From Octopus vulgaris (lineage: Eukaryota), in NCBI GenBank assembly GCA_951406725.2, contig OX597841.1, positions 5,828,001-5,892,000 of the forward strand: a DNA stretch of 64,000 nt, read 5' to 3'. The notes beneath the pieces are model-generated. The model was not told the DNA's origin. It did not search any database and was given only the letters and a program-made list of their open reading frames with translations. This document shows positions 50,841-62,083 of the stretch, piece by piece (within the stretch, counting starts at the first letter, position 1; each line of letters opens with the position of its first letter). The translations under genes were made by a program, and so were the position numbers.

Positions 50841-50985
50841 ACTTACCGTTCGTTCGTTACATGGAATCGGTCGGTGCCCGATTGGCAATTATATGCAACT
50901 CATTAAGTGATGTCCGTTGTATATGAAGTTGTTTCCCCTTTATTTTATGTATTTCCTCAATTCTCCGAGAGAGGGAGAAACAGGT
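50841..50985 (-). promoter_or_regulatory. Promoter/first-exon cassette of Z8psi
   Basis: Cassette homolog with altered TATA (AATAAAGGGG) and donor ACG|GTAAGT at 50847/50846. Confidence 0.7.
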
Positions 50986-51069
50986 TTGCTAATCAAAACT
51001 TGTTAAAAGCACTAATTAAAAGTGAAAAGTAAGATATTTAAAAATAGCAACTAAATGAAAAAAATCAAA

Positions 51070-51189
51070 AAAAAAATCGCATAAATTGGTGTAAATTTAA
51101 AAAATTGGCGATCCTTCGGTATAGGTACACACGTGACTTTGTTTACATTTCTGAAGAAAACAGAAACCCTTTTCTCCCACCCCTAACCC

Positions 51190-51226
<37 letters not shown>

Positions 51227-51735
51227 ACAACACTTTCTTGAAATGTATCCGGTACATATACCGAAGGTTTGCCAAAAAAAAAAAAAAAAAATCGCATAAA
51301 TTGGTGTAAATTAAAAAAATTGGCGATCCTTCGGTATAGGTACACACGTGACTTTGTTTACATTTCTGAAGCTAACAGAAACCCTTTTCTCCCACCCCTA
51401 ACCATAACCCCACACACACATATATATATATATATAAAAAAGAACAACACTTTCTTGAAATGTATCCGGTATATATACCGAAGGTTTGCCAAAAAAAAAA
51501 ATATTAAAAAAATCGCATAAATTGGTGAAAATTAAAAAAAATTGGCGATCCTTCGGTATAGGTACACACGTGACTTTGTTTACATTTCTGAAGCTAACAG
51601 AAACCCTTTTCTCCCACCCCTAACCCTAACCCCACATATATATATATATATATATATAAAAAAGATATATCCGGTACATATACCGAAAGTTCGCCAAAAA
51701 AAAAAAAAAAAAAAAAAATCGCATAAATGGGTTTA
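51070..51735. repeat. Tandem triplication (~215-220 bp) of a small MITE plus flank
   Basis: GGCGATCCTTCGGTATAGGTAC...TATACCGAAGGTTTGCC TIRs. Solo or partial copies at 28357-28528 and 55935-56013. Confidence 0.85.
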
Positions 51736-51872
51736 AATTTCAAAGGATTTATTTCAAGAATTTCAGTTCAAACAAAACTCATTCCTTTTATTGTTACTCC
51801 ACAATATTTTATAAGGTTTCAGAACTGCTCCGTCAAAACATTTAAGATTCATTCATTTTTATTATTTATTTC

Positions 51873-52270
51873 TATACTAGCAGTATCGCCCGGCGTTGCT
51901 CGGGTTTGTAAGGGAAATAACTATATAAACATTTTTAGAGAGTTATAGCCAAAAAGTAGCAAAAAAATGCATTAAAAATGGAAGAAAAATTATGGTAAAT
52001 TTTTTTAAAGATCGTTGACTCATCGTAGACATTTTTAGAGAGTTACTTCCCTTTAAAAAAATATGCATTAAAATGGAAAAAAATAATGGTAAATTATTTT
52101 TAAAATCGTAGACTCATCGTAGACGCGCGCTAATACCCAAAAGGGCTCGATATGAATCACGACTATAAGATACCCGAATTTGGTTAAACTGCACCGCAAA
52201 ATGTGGGAGTAGTTAGGAATCTAGATCAGAGTAGACAGACACACAACTTCACTTTTATATATAAAGATAT
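51873..52270 (+). mobile_element. Non-autonomous Helentron/DINE-1-like element (similar at 56300-56685)
   Basis: ATACTAGC...CCCGGCGTTGCTCGGG hairpin at one end, and ACAGAC repeat plus TTTTATATATAAAGAT at the other. Confidence 0.6.
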
Positions 52271-52752
52271 ATAGAGAGATGAAAGGGATTGTTGCGTACA
52301 TTTCGACGGACTCCAAGAGGTGAAGGTGCACAGCCTCTCTAGAAATTGGTTTAAGAAATACGCAACGATCAGTTGGTTTTGTAAACAAAAAATAATTGAT
52401 GTTACGGCGATCTTGAAAACGAAAGATCGCCGATGTTATTTGAATTCTGTTTGTTTAGGCATGATTTTCCATGTTACGGGGAACTTTTTTAATTACAGTA
52501 ATCCATCGCCATACCACGGTATTTTATTTAAGCTTACAACGATTGCTCTGTGGTGTTGTTTGGCATCTATAATAAAATTCTGGAGTGGCTGTGTGGTAAG
52601 TAGCTTGCTTACTAACCACACAGTTCCGGGTTCAGTCCCACTGCGTGGCACCTTGGGCAAGAGTCTTCTACTATAGCCTCGGGCCGACCAATGCCTTGTG
52701 AGTGGATTTGGTAGACGGAAACTGAAAGAAGCCTGTCGTATATATGTATATA

Positions 52753-52823
<71 letters not shown>

Positions 52824-53055
52824 TTGTGTTTGTTCCCCTAGCATTGCTTGACAACCGATGCTGGTGTGTTTACGTCCCCGTCACTTAGCGGTTCAGCAAA
52901 AAGAGACCGATAGAATAAGTACTGGGCTTACAAAGAATAAGTCTTGGGGTCAATTTGCTCGACTAAAGGTGGTGCTCCAGCATGGCCACAGTCACATGAC
53001 TGAAACAAGTAAAAGAGTATATATATATATAGATCCTTGGGGTGCTCGGTTGCTT

Positions 53056-54621
53056 CTATCCGGTGTGTGTAAGGTTATGTCTCTTCAAAAGACTTCCTGT
53101 GATGAAGCATTTCCCACAGATTTCACAGTGATATGGCTTTTCTCCGGTGTGACTTCGTAGATGGGTAACAAGGCTGGAACTAACAGAATAGGATTTTCCA
53201 CATATGTCACAATGAAATGGCTTCTCTCCAGTGTGGCTACGATTGTGAATTACAAGACTGGAATTTGTGAAGAAAGATTTCCCACAAGTTCCGCAATGAA
53301 ACGATCTTTCTCCGCTGTGACAACGTTTGTGACTAATAAGGTGAGATGTGATAGCAAAAGATTTCCCACAGACTTCACAAAGATACGGTTTCTCACCCGT
53401 GTGTATGGTTTTGTGCCTGTTCAAATTACTGGTATCAAGAAAGGATTTGCCACAGATTTCGCAGTGGAATGGTTTCTCACCAGTATGAGTACATCTGTGG
53501 ATATTGAGCTTAGAATTCAGAGTGAAGGCCTTCCCACAGATTTCACAGTGGAATGGTTTCTCACCAGTATGACTACGTACATGAATAAGAAGATGATAAT
53601 TTCGAGTGAAAGTTTTCTCGCATATCTTACATTGGAAGTTTTTCTGTCCACTATGTACCCCTTGGTGTCGTTTTAAGTGACCGCTGGTGATAAAGCAGTT
53701 CCCACAAGTCTCGCAATGGTATGGTTTCTCTCCCGTATGAACCCGTTTGTGTATGGTCAAATCACTGTTACAAACAAAACATTTCCCACACACTTCACAG
53801 TCAAACAGCTTTTCCCCCCTGTGTATTCTCTGGTGACGTACAAGATTAGAATTATCCGAGAACGATTCTCCACAGGTATCACAACGGTAAGGCTTCTCCC
53901 CACTGTGGACTCTCCTATGTTTGTTTAGATCTCTTTTAGAGGCAAAAGTTTTCCCACAGATTTCACATTCGAACGGTTTTTCTCCCGTGTGTATTTTCCG
54001 GTGAGCTACGAGGTTAGAATTGTCCGAGAATGATTTCCCACAAACTTCACAAGGATAAGGCTTTTCTCCGGTGTGGATTCGTTTGTGTCTGTTTAAATCA
54101 TTTTTAAAGATAAAACATTTACCACAGATTTCACATTCAAACGGTTTTATTCCAGCGTGTATTTTCCGGTGAGCAACAAGATTAGAATTATCGGAGAAGG
54201 ATTTCCCGCAGATTTCACAGTGATATGGTTTCTCCCCAGTATGTATCCGTTTGTGTCTTTCTAAATCACAATTAGAGACGAAATATTTTTCGCACACCTC
54301 ACAATGATAGGGTCTCTCTCCAGCATGAAGCTTTTTATGTATTGTTAAATTACTACGATTAACAAAAGGTTTCCCGCATATTTCACAGTGGAAGGGTTCC
54401 GCAATTTTGTGTATTTCTTTGTGTGTGAAGACTTCATGTTCTGTAAAGAAAGTTTTTCTACAAATATCACATTCATATTCAACAATATTTCCTTGTAACG
54501 ATCTTTCCTTAGTAAATGTTTCGCCAAGTACAGGTTTTTCATCTCTTTCTATTTGTGTAACTGTATCTATATTGCTAAAAACAGTTGTTTTACAAGTGTC
54601 CAAGTGATTCACGTTCTCCAT
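53056..54621 (-). CDS. C2H2 zinc-finger protein, 17 fingers (MENV; Z9)
   Basis: 521-aa ORF. Leader homologous to Z1/Z7, candidate acceptor TTTTACAG at ~54854. Confidence 0.95.
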   Translation of the reverse strand: MENVNHLDTCKTTVFSNIDTVTQIERDEKPVLGETFTKERSLQGNIVEYECDICRKTFFTEHEVFTHKEIHKIAEPFHCEICGKPFVNRSNLTIHKKLHAGERPYHCEVCEKYFVSNCDLERHKRIHTGEKPYHCEICGKSFSDNSNLVAHRKIHAGIKPFECEICGKCFIFKNDLNRHKRIHTGEKPYPCEVCGKSFSDNSNLVAHRKIHTGEKPFECEICGKTFASKRDLNKHRRVHSGEKPYRCDTCGESFSDNSNLVRHQRIHRGEKLFDCEVCGKCFVCNSDLTIHKRVHTGEKPYHCETCGNCFITSGHLKRHQGVHSGQKNFQCKICEKTFTRNYHLLIHVRSHTGEKPFHCEICGKAFTLNSKLNIHRCTHTGEKPFHCEICGKSFLDTSNLNRHKTIHTGEKPYLCEVCGKSFAITSHLISHKRCHSGERSFHCGTCGKSFFTNSSLVIHNRSHTGEKPFHCDICGKSYSVSSSLVTHLRSHTGEKPYHCEICGKCFITGSLLKRHNLTHTG

Positions 54622-55185
54622 ATTAATTCTTGAAGAATTCTTCGAAAGCTGACGAAAGTCTGAGGTGATCTAAAACAGTCCAGTTTCTTGCCTCGGGTAT
54701 TACAGATCTCTGTTTACATGTGTGGAACGGATGTAAAGTAAATATACTTTCTACTTACCAGTAGAATGTTTGGTATAGGGTCCAAATGAAAAGTGAAGAA
54801 ATGTGAGGAAAATCCATTGATTTGTCTTCGATTAAAAGGCATTTCCCCCTGTCCTGTAAAATGGGGGAAAACCAATTAACGAAGTAAAGCTGTGATCAAA
54901 TGAAATATTTAATCATGAAGGCGAGGGAACAATCGACCCTCAAACCTGTAGGTTGCCCTGTCTTATCCTCAAATACCAACGATCTCCTTGACATGAGATA
55001 ATTACTAAATATGATATAATTAGAGTCAGCTCGTGAAATTGATGAAACCAAGTGCGTGGTATAATTAACAATTGTCTCCCCCTGTTTGAAAACACCGGTG
55101 TCATAAGAGAAAAGTCCTTGATGTAATTTAAAACATTGAAAAAACATCTTAGGTGACAATTTCACGGCCTCCTGAGATACGTATA

Positions 55186-55932
55186 TGTTTCTTTATTACT
55201 CACAAGGGGCTAAACACAGAGGGGACAAACAAGGATAGACAAACGAATTTAAGTCGATTAAATCGACGCCAGTGCGTAACTGGTACTTAATTTATCGACC
55301 CCGAAAGGATGAAAGACAAAGTCGACCTCGGCGGAATTTGAACTCACAACGTAACGGCAGACGAAATCCTTATTTCTTTATTACTCACAAGGGGCTAAAC
55401 ACAGAGGGGACAAACAAGGATAGACAAACGAATTTAAGTCGATTACATCGATCCCAATGCGTAACTGGTACTTAATTTATCGACCCCGAAAGGATGAAAG
55501 ACAAAGTCGACCTCGGCGGAATTTGAACTCACAACGTAACGGCAGACGAAATCCTTATTTCTTTATTACTCACAAGGGGCTAAACACAGAGGGGACAAAC
55601 AAGGATAGACAAACGAATTTAAGTCGATTACATCGACCCCAATGCGTAACTGGTACTTAATTTATCGACCCCGAAAGGATGAAAGACAAAGTCGACCTCG
55701 GCGGAATTTGAACTCACAACGTAACGGCAGACGAAATCCCTATTTCTTTATTACTCACAAGGGGCTAAACACAGAGGGGACAAACAAGGACAGACAAACT
55801 AATTTAAGTCGATTAAATCGATCCCAGTGCGTAACTGGTACTTAATTTATCGACCCCGAAAGGATGAAAGACAAAGTCGACCTCGGCGGAATTTGAACTC
55901 ACAACGTAGCAGCAGACGAAATACGGCTACGC
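55186..55932 (-). repeat. Tandem array of Meta-type SINE bodies, 185-bp unit x4
   Basis: Near-identical units directly visible. Confidence 0.9.
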
Positions 55933-56013
55933 ATGGCGATCCTTCGGTATAGGTACACACGTGACTTTGTTTACATTTCTGAAGATAACAGAAAACCCTT
56001 TTGTCCCACCCCC

Positions 56014-56286
56014 TGACGTTGATACTTTGTTCTCATTGGCTGATATGAAAAGCGGACGTGACGTCATCAGACAAAGCGAGAACCTGCTTGATTAGTGTGA
56101 GACACTTTAAAAGGAAGAGAAATTAGTGGAAAACGAAGCCTGTTCGATTGTTGCTTCTTCTGTGGTGAACAGAAAGCCATTGCCTGTTTATTTGAGTAGT
56201 AAATAGGTTCTGTCAATTCTCTTCTTCTTCGTCGACGTCATGACACAACGTGGGAGAGGCAGAAGAAGTTACTATCCATGGTAAGA
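56014..56286 (+). promoter_or_regulatory. Candidate promoter/first exon for Z10 and Z11 (possibly bidirectional with Z9)
   Basis: ATTGG (CCAAT box), TGACGTCA CRE-like palindrome at ~56058, local CpGs, donor ATG|GTAAGA at 56280/56281. Confidence 0.5.
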
Positions 56287-57747
56287 CCAAAATATTGAAA
56301 TACTAGCAGAATCGCCCGGCCTTGCTCGGGTTTCTTTCGACCCTTTAGAATTGGAATTTTTGAAAAGTAAAAATTTTGCATTATGTAGATTGTTATTCTC
56401 TTTAAGTGAACATTTTTCTGGTTGAAATACACCGAAAAATGTCGAAACAGTAGTAAATAAATCGTAAAAAATAGGAATTTTCATAGAAAAAAAGCACCTT
56501 TTTGATGTAAATAATTTCTGGTGTTAACGTGGTTCGATTTGAATTTTTTCTTCTACAGAAGGAAGAGCAAGCCTTCTTCTATCATACTCTCAATTTTGGT
56601 CAACTTGCACCGCAGGGTTTCGGAGGAGATAGTGTTAGTTGAAGGATACCACACATACACACACACAGACAACTTCAGCTTTATTTCGCTCAACACTCAT
56701 TTCCGCCCGCAAATTACTTCTGTGTCACTTTTCTGTGAATCTACTTCCACCACAAAATCTCCGTATTTTTATGTGGCTTACAAAAAAAAAATAGTTTCGA
56801 AAGAAATGTTAAAAATTAAGAAATAGGGGTGGGTGGGGATTTAAGAGTATGAGAGTGAGATCTCTCTTTTACTTGTTTCAGTCATTTGACTGCGGCCATG
56901 CTGGAGTACCGCCTTTAATCGAGTAACTCGACCCCGGGACTTATTCTTTTTTGTAAGCCCAGTACTTATTCTATCGGTCTCTTTTTGCCGAACCGCTAAG
57001 TAACGGGGACGTAAACACACCAGCATCGGTTGTCAAGCAATGCTAGGGAGACAAACACATACACACATATACATATATACGACGGGCTTCTTTCAGTTTC
57101 CGTCTACCAAATCCACTCACAAGGCATTGGTCGGCCTTGATCGTATTTTCCTGTACTGAAAACATAGGAATCTACAAAAATTTTGGAAAAAAAAAGCATC
57201 CGAAATGTGTGGTATGCATGTGCTTTACTTTTGCCGAAAATGCATTGAGTTGTTCCCATCATCATCATCATCGTTTAACGTCCGTTTTCCATGCTAGCAT
57301 GGGTTGGAAGGTTCAACTGGGGTCTGGAAAGGCAGGAGGCTGCACCAGTCTCCAATCTGATCTGGCAATGTTTCTATGGCTGGATGCCCTTCCTAACGCC
57401 AACCATTCCGTGAGTGTAGTGGGTGCTTTGTACGTGCCACTGGCACAGGTGTCAGACGAGGCTGGCAAACGGCCACAATTGGATGGTGCTTTTTACATGC
57501 CACCGGCACGGGGGCCAGACGAGGCTGGCAACGGCCATGATCAGATGGTGCATTTTACGTGCAATCAGCACTGGTATCACAGCTACAATTTCCATTGATG
57601 TTGATTGATTTTGATTTTCACTTTTTCCCATGTGTGTATATAAGCAATGTATCGTGTGGGGTCAGTGTGACCAACAGCCACTGGACAGTCAATAACAGCG
57701 TGATTGCTTTCCAGTGTCTGAATAACACCTGAAATCATTCTCTTCAG

Positions 57748-57885
57748 ATTTCCGCCCGTCCAGCTGGGCCGAAGTGGTCATCTGTATTCTTCTACTGCCA
57801 GCTTCTAAAGGGCAGAGGAATGCAGCCCCAGTCTGCTGCTACACTGGGCCAAAATATTTCAACTACCCAGCTACAGATTAACAGA
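57748..57885 (+). other. Candidate internal non-coding exon
   Basis: TTCTCTTCAG acceptor at 57747 and AGA|GTAAGT donor at 57885/57886. Confidence 0.5.
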
Positions 57886-58373
57886 GTAAGTACATGACCT
57901 AAGAAACAAAGTACTAGTGTTGGTTTTTGCATCTAAACCCTGCCATACTGTATTCCAGCATGGCCACAGCCCAGTACCTGAAACAAGTAAAAGATAATAT
58001 ATATCTTTCACATAATCATAATTAGAACCTGTACAATCTTCCACTCTGTAATCTCATTTTCTGTAATGTCTACTGTTTCTCTCTTATTTCAGATTACGGG
58101 ATAACATTGGATTAAAGGATTTATCATTTTTGAAAGATTAAACAGAGCTGTGACACAGAACAAAGAGATCCCTGTTTATAGAAAGAAGGTAAATTTTGTG
58201 TGAAATATTTCTTGCGACTGCAGCAATATTTCTTCTTCAATGAGGATTTTGCATTCCTATTAACCTTGGATTACAAAAGAGCTGGCAGCTTCTGCAGATA
58301 TTGACCAAGATAAGAAATTTTATAGGAATGAAGTGTGTAAACATCTGCATATTGTGGTGAGAAAATATAGATT

Positions 58374-59726
58374 ATGGAAAGTGAATTGTGTGAGGACAAT
58401 ATGAAATGTAAAATGCTGACGGAAAGTCTTGACTTTATTGAGGAGGTGCCAAAAGATAGAGGAAAAACATCTCACAACTGTGATATCTGTAAAAAGTCAT
58501 TTACTCGGAAAGAAAGCCTCACAATTCACAGACGTATTCATACAGGAGAGAAACCATATCGCTGTGATATCTGTGGAAAATCATTCTCTCAAAGTCACCA
58601 CTTAACTAAACACAAGCGTGTTCATACAGGGGAGAAACCATATCGCTGTGACATTTGTGGTCAGTCATTCTCTGTTGGAAGTACCCTGACTAAACACAAA
58701 CACATTCACACTGGTGAGAAGCCATTTCATTGTGATGTGTGTGGTCACGCATTCTCTATACAAAATAATTTAACAAAACACAAACACATTCATACAAGAG
58801 AGAGGCCTTATCAGTGTGATTTCTGCTGTAAATCATTCTCTAAAATTTCTATGTTAACTAAACACAAGCGAATTCATACTGGAGGGAAACCGTATCAGTG
58901 TGATTTCTGTGGAAAATCATTCTCTAAAAATTCTACCTTAACTAAACACAGGCGTATTCATACTCGAGAGAGACCTTATCGGTGTATTACCTGTGGTCAA
59001 TCATTTTCCTCAGGAAGTTCCTTAACTAAGCACAAACGTGTTCACACTGGAGAGAAACCATTCCATTGTGATTTATGTGACAGATCATTCTCTGGACGAT
59101 TTTCCTTAACCACACACAGACGCATTCATACAGGGGAGAGACCTTATCGGTGTGATATCTGTGGTAAATCATTCTGTCGAAATGACCACTTGACTGCACA
59201 CAGGCGAATTCATACTGGAGAGAGACCGTATCAGTGTGATATCTGTGGCCAGTCTTTTTCTGTACGGAGTTCCTTAAATAAACACAAACGCACTCACACA
59301 GGGGAGAGGCCTTATCAATGTGCCATCTGTGGTCGGTTATTCTCTGAAGGAAGTTCCTTAACTAAGCACAAGCGCATTCACACTGGGGAGAAACCATTTT
59401 GTTGTGACATCTGTGGACTCTCATTCTCTTCAGGATTTCTTTTGACTACACACAAACGCACTCACACGGGAGAGAAACCTTTTCGGTGTGACACGTGTGG
59501 TAAATCATTCTCTCGAAATCAACACTTAACGAGACACAAACGAGTTCACACAGGTGAGAAGCCGATTCATTGTGATATCTGTGGCCAGTCATTTTCTGTT
59601 GGAAGTAGTTTAACTAACCACAAACGAATCCATACGGGAGAGAGACCTTATCGGTGTGACACGTGTGGGAAATCATTCTCTCGAAATGATTGCTTAAATG
59701 AACACAAACGCATTCATAAAAGATAA
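58374..59726 (+). CDS. C2H2 zinc-finger protein, 15 fingers (MESEL subfamily; Z10)
   Basis: 450-aa ORF. Acceptor at 58092/58093, 281-nt leader, AATAAA at 60150. Confidence 0.95.
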   Translation: MESELCEDNMKCKMLTESLDFIEEVPKDRGKTSHNCDICKKSFTRKESLTIHRRIHTGEKPYRCDICGKSFSQSHHLTKHKRVHTGEKPYRCDICGQSFSVGSTLTKHKHIHTGEKPFHCDVCGHAFSIQNNLTKHKHIHTRERPYQCDFCCKSFSKISMLTKHKRIHTGGKPYQCDFCGKSFSKNSTLTKHRRIHTRERPYRCITCGQSFSSGSSLTKHKRVHTGEKPFHCDLCDRSFSGRFSLTTHRRIHTGERPYRCDICGKSFCRNDHLTAHRRIHTGERPYQCDICGQSFSVRSSLNKHKRTHTGERPYQCAICGRLFSEGSSLTKHKRIHTGEKPFCCDICGLSFSSGFLLTTHKRTHTGEKPFRCDTCGKSFSRNQHLTRHKRVHTGEKPIHCDICGQSFSVGSSLTNHKRIHTGERPYRCDTCGKSFSRNDCLNEHKRIHKR

Positions 59727-60790
59727 AAAGCATTTCACTTTGGTAAATCATTCTCTGATAATGATTTTTGACTGAAACAAATGCATTCAAGGAGTGGAGG
59801 AACCGTATCACTGTGATATTTGTGGTAAATCATTCTCTCAAAAACACAATTACACTTAATTGCATTCAAACTGGAGAGGAATCATATCAGTGTGTTAATC
59901 TGTGGCCAGTTGTTCTTTGATGGAAGTACATCAACTAAACACCTCGGCATTCATATAGAGAGGTTGATTCCATTCTTTATCATGGTCTTAAGAATGGAAT
60001 CAACCTTTCTGTCTGTATATCTACCTTCTTTATAATGTTGGCAAACGAAATGGAGATAAGAATATGTATTGTCTGTTTGATGGAAGACTTCTATAAATGG
60101 CTGAAGATTGCTCAACATTTTAAAACTGATGTAATTACTCACAGTGTTTAATAAAATGAAGTAGCATGAAACGATTGTACCAAATTACCTAAGATATTCT
60201 TGTTGCTTATTTTGATTATAATCACCCCATAGATTTATATGGATAATACCGTTCAAAATTCTGGTGCCTCTGACTTAAGTACCATATTCATTTGAATCTA
60301 AATTTTGCTGAACCTATATATATATATTGAAGGCTAGACCCTTCAATGCTGTGCTCCAGTATGGCCACAGTCCAGTACCTGAAACAAGTGAAAGATAAAA
60401 AAATATCTTCCCATAGTCATGAATATAACATGTAAAATCTTCTACTGTGTAGTCTCTGTTGTTTTATCAAGTATCCTCTGTAATTTCTGTTGTTTCTCTC
60501 TTATTTCAGATTACGGGATAACATTGGATTAAAGGATTTATCATTTTTGAAAGATTAAACAAAGCTGTGACACAGAACAAAGAGATCCCTGTTTATAGAA
60601 AGAAGGTAAATTTTGTGTGAAATATTTCTTGCGACTGCAGCAATATTTCTTCTTCAATGAGGATTTTGCATTCCTATTAACCTTGGATTACAAAAGAGCT
60701 GGCAGCTTCTGCAGATATTGACCAAGATAAGAAATTTTATAGGAATGAAGTGTGTAAACATCTGCATATTGTGGTGAGAAAATATAAATT

Positions 60791-62083
60791 ATGGAAAGTG
60801 AATTGCTTGAGGACAATGTGAAATGTAAAATGCTGACGGAAAGTCTTGACTTTATTGAGGAGGTGCCAAAAGATAGAGGAAAAACATCTCACAACTGTGA
60901 TATCTGTAAAAAGTCATTTACTCGGAAAGAAAGCCTCACGGTTCACAAACGTAGTCATACAGGAGAGAAACCATATCGCTGTGATATCTGTGGTAAATCA
61001 TTCTCTCAAAGTTACCACTTAACTAAACACAAGCGCATTCATACAGGAGTTAAACCATATCACTGTGATATCTGTGGTAAATCATTCTGTCAAAGCATTC
61101 ATTTAACTAAACACAAGCGTATTCACACAGGGGAAAAACCATATCACTGTGATATCTGTGGTAAATCATTCTCTGTAAGTAGTGAGTTAACTAGACACAA
61201 ACGAATCCATACAGGAGAGAAACCTTATCAATGTGATATCTGTGGTAAATCATTCTCTAAAAATTTTGTCTTAACTAATCACAAACGCATTCATACAGGA
61301 GAGAAACCGTACCAGTGTGGTATCTGTGGTCAATCATTTTCTGCAGGAGGTTCCTTACATAAGCACAAGCGCATTCATACAGGGGAGAAACCATATCGCT
61401 GTGATATCTGTGGGAAATCATTCTCTCAAAATGATAAATTAACTAACCACAGGCGCGTTCATACAGGCGAGAAACCTTATGAGTGTGATATCTGTGGTAA
61501 ATTATTCTCTCAAAATTCTGCCTTGACTGAACACAAACGCATTCACACAGGAGAGAAACCATATCAGTGTGAAATCTGTGGCCAGTCTTTCGCTGCAGGA
61601 GGGTCTTTACATAAGCACAAGCGCATTCACACAGGGGAGAAACCTTACCAATGTGATATCTGTGGTGAATCATTCTCCGTAAATGATCAATTAACTAAAC
61701 ACAAACACATTCACACAGGAGAGGAGCCATTTCAGTGTGATGTATGTGGTCAGTCGTACTCTACTGCAGGTTCCTTGAGTACACACAAACGTATCCATAC
61801 AGGTGAGAAGCCTTTTCGCTGTGATATCTGTGGTAAATCGTTCTGTCAAAATCAACAGGTAATTTCACATAAACGGGTTCACACAGGTGAGAGGCCCTAC
61901 CACTGCGATATCTGTGGCCAGTCGTTTTCTGAAAGTAGTAGCTTAACTAAACACAAACGCATTCATACGGGAGAGAGACCTTATCGGTGTGACACCTGTG
62001 GTAAATCATTCTCTCGAAACGATCACTTAAATAAACACAAATGCATTCATAGAAGAGAATCGTTGTCTGATAACCATTTCTGA
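60791..62083 (+). CDS. C2H2 zinc-finger protein, 14 fingers (MESEL; Z11)
   Basis: 430-aa ORF. Acceptor at 60509/60510 and 281-nt leader. Confidence 0.95.
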   Translation: MESELLEDNVKCKMLTESLDFIEEVPKDRGKTSHNCDICKKSFTRKESLTVHKRSHTGEKPYRCDICGKSFSQSYHLTKHKRIHTGVKPYHCDICGKSFCQSIHLTKHKRIHTGEKPYHCDICGKSFSVSSELTRHKRIHTGEKPYQCDICGKSFSKNFVLTNHKRIHTGEKPYQCGICGQSFSAGGSLHKHKRIHTGEKPYRCDICGKSFSQNDKLTNHRRVHTGEKPYECDICGKLFSQNSALTEHKRIHTGEKPYQCEICGQSFAAGGSLHKHKRIHTGEKPYQCDICGESFSVNDQLTKHKHIHTGEEPFQCDVCGQSYSTAGSLSTHKRIHTGEKPFRCDICGKSFCQNQQVISHKRVHTGERPYHCDICGQSFSESSSLTKHKRIHTGERPYRCDTCGKSFSRNDHLNKHKCIHRRESLSDNHF

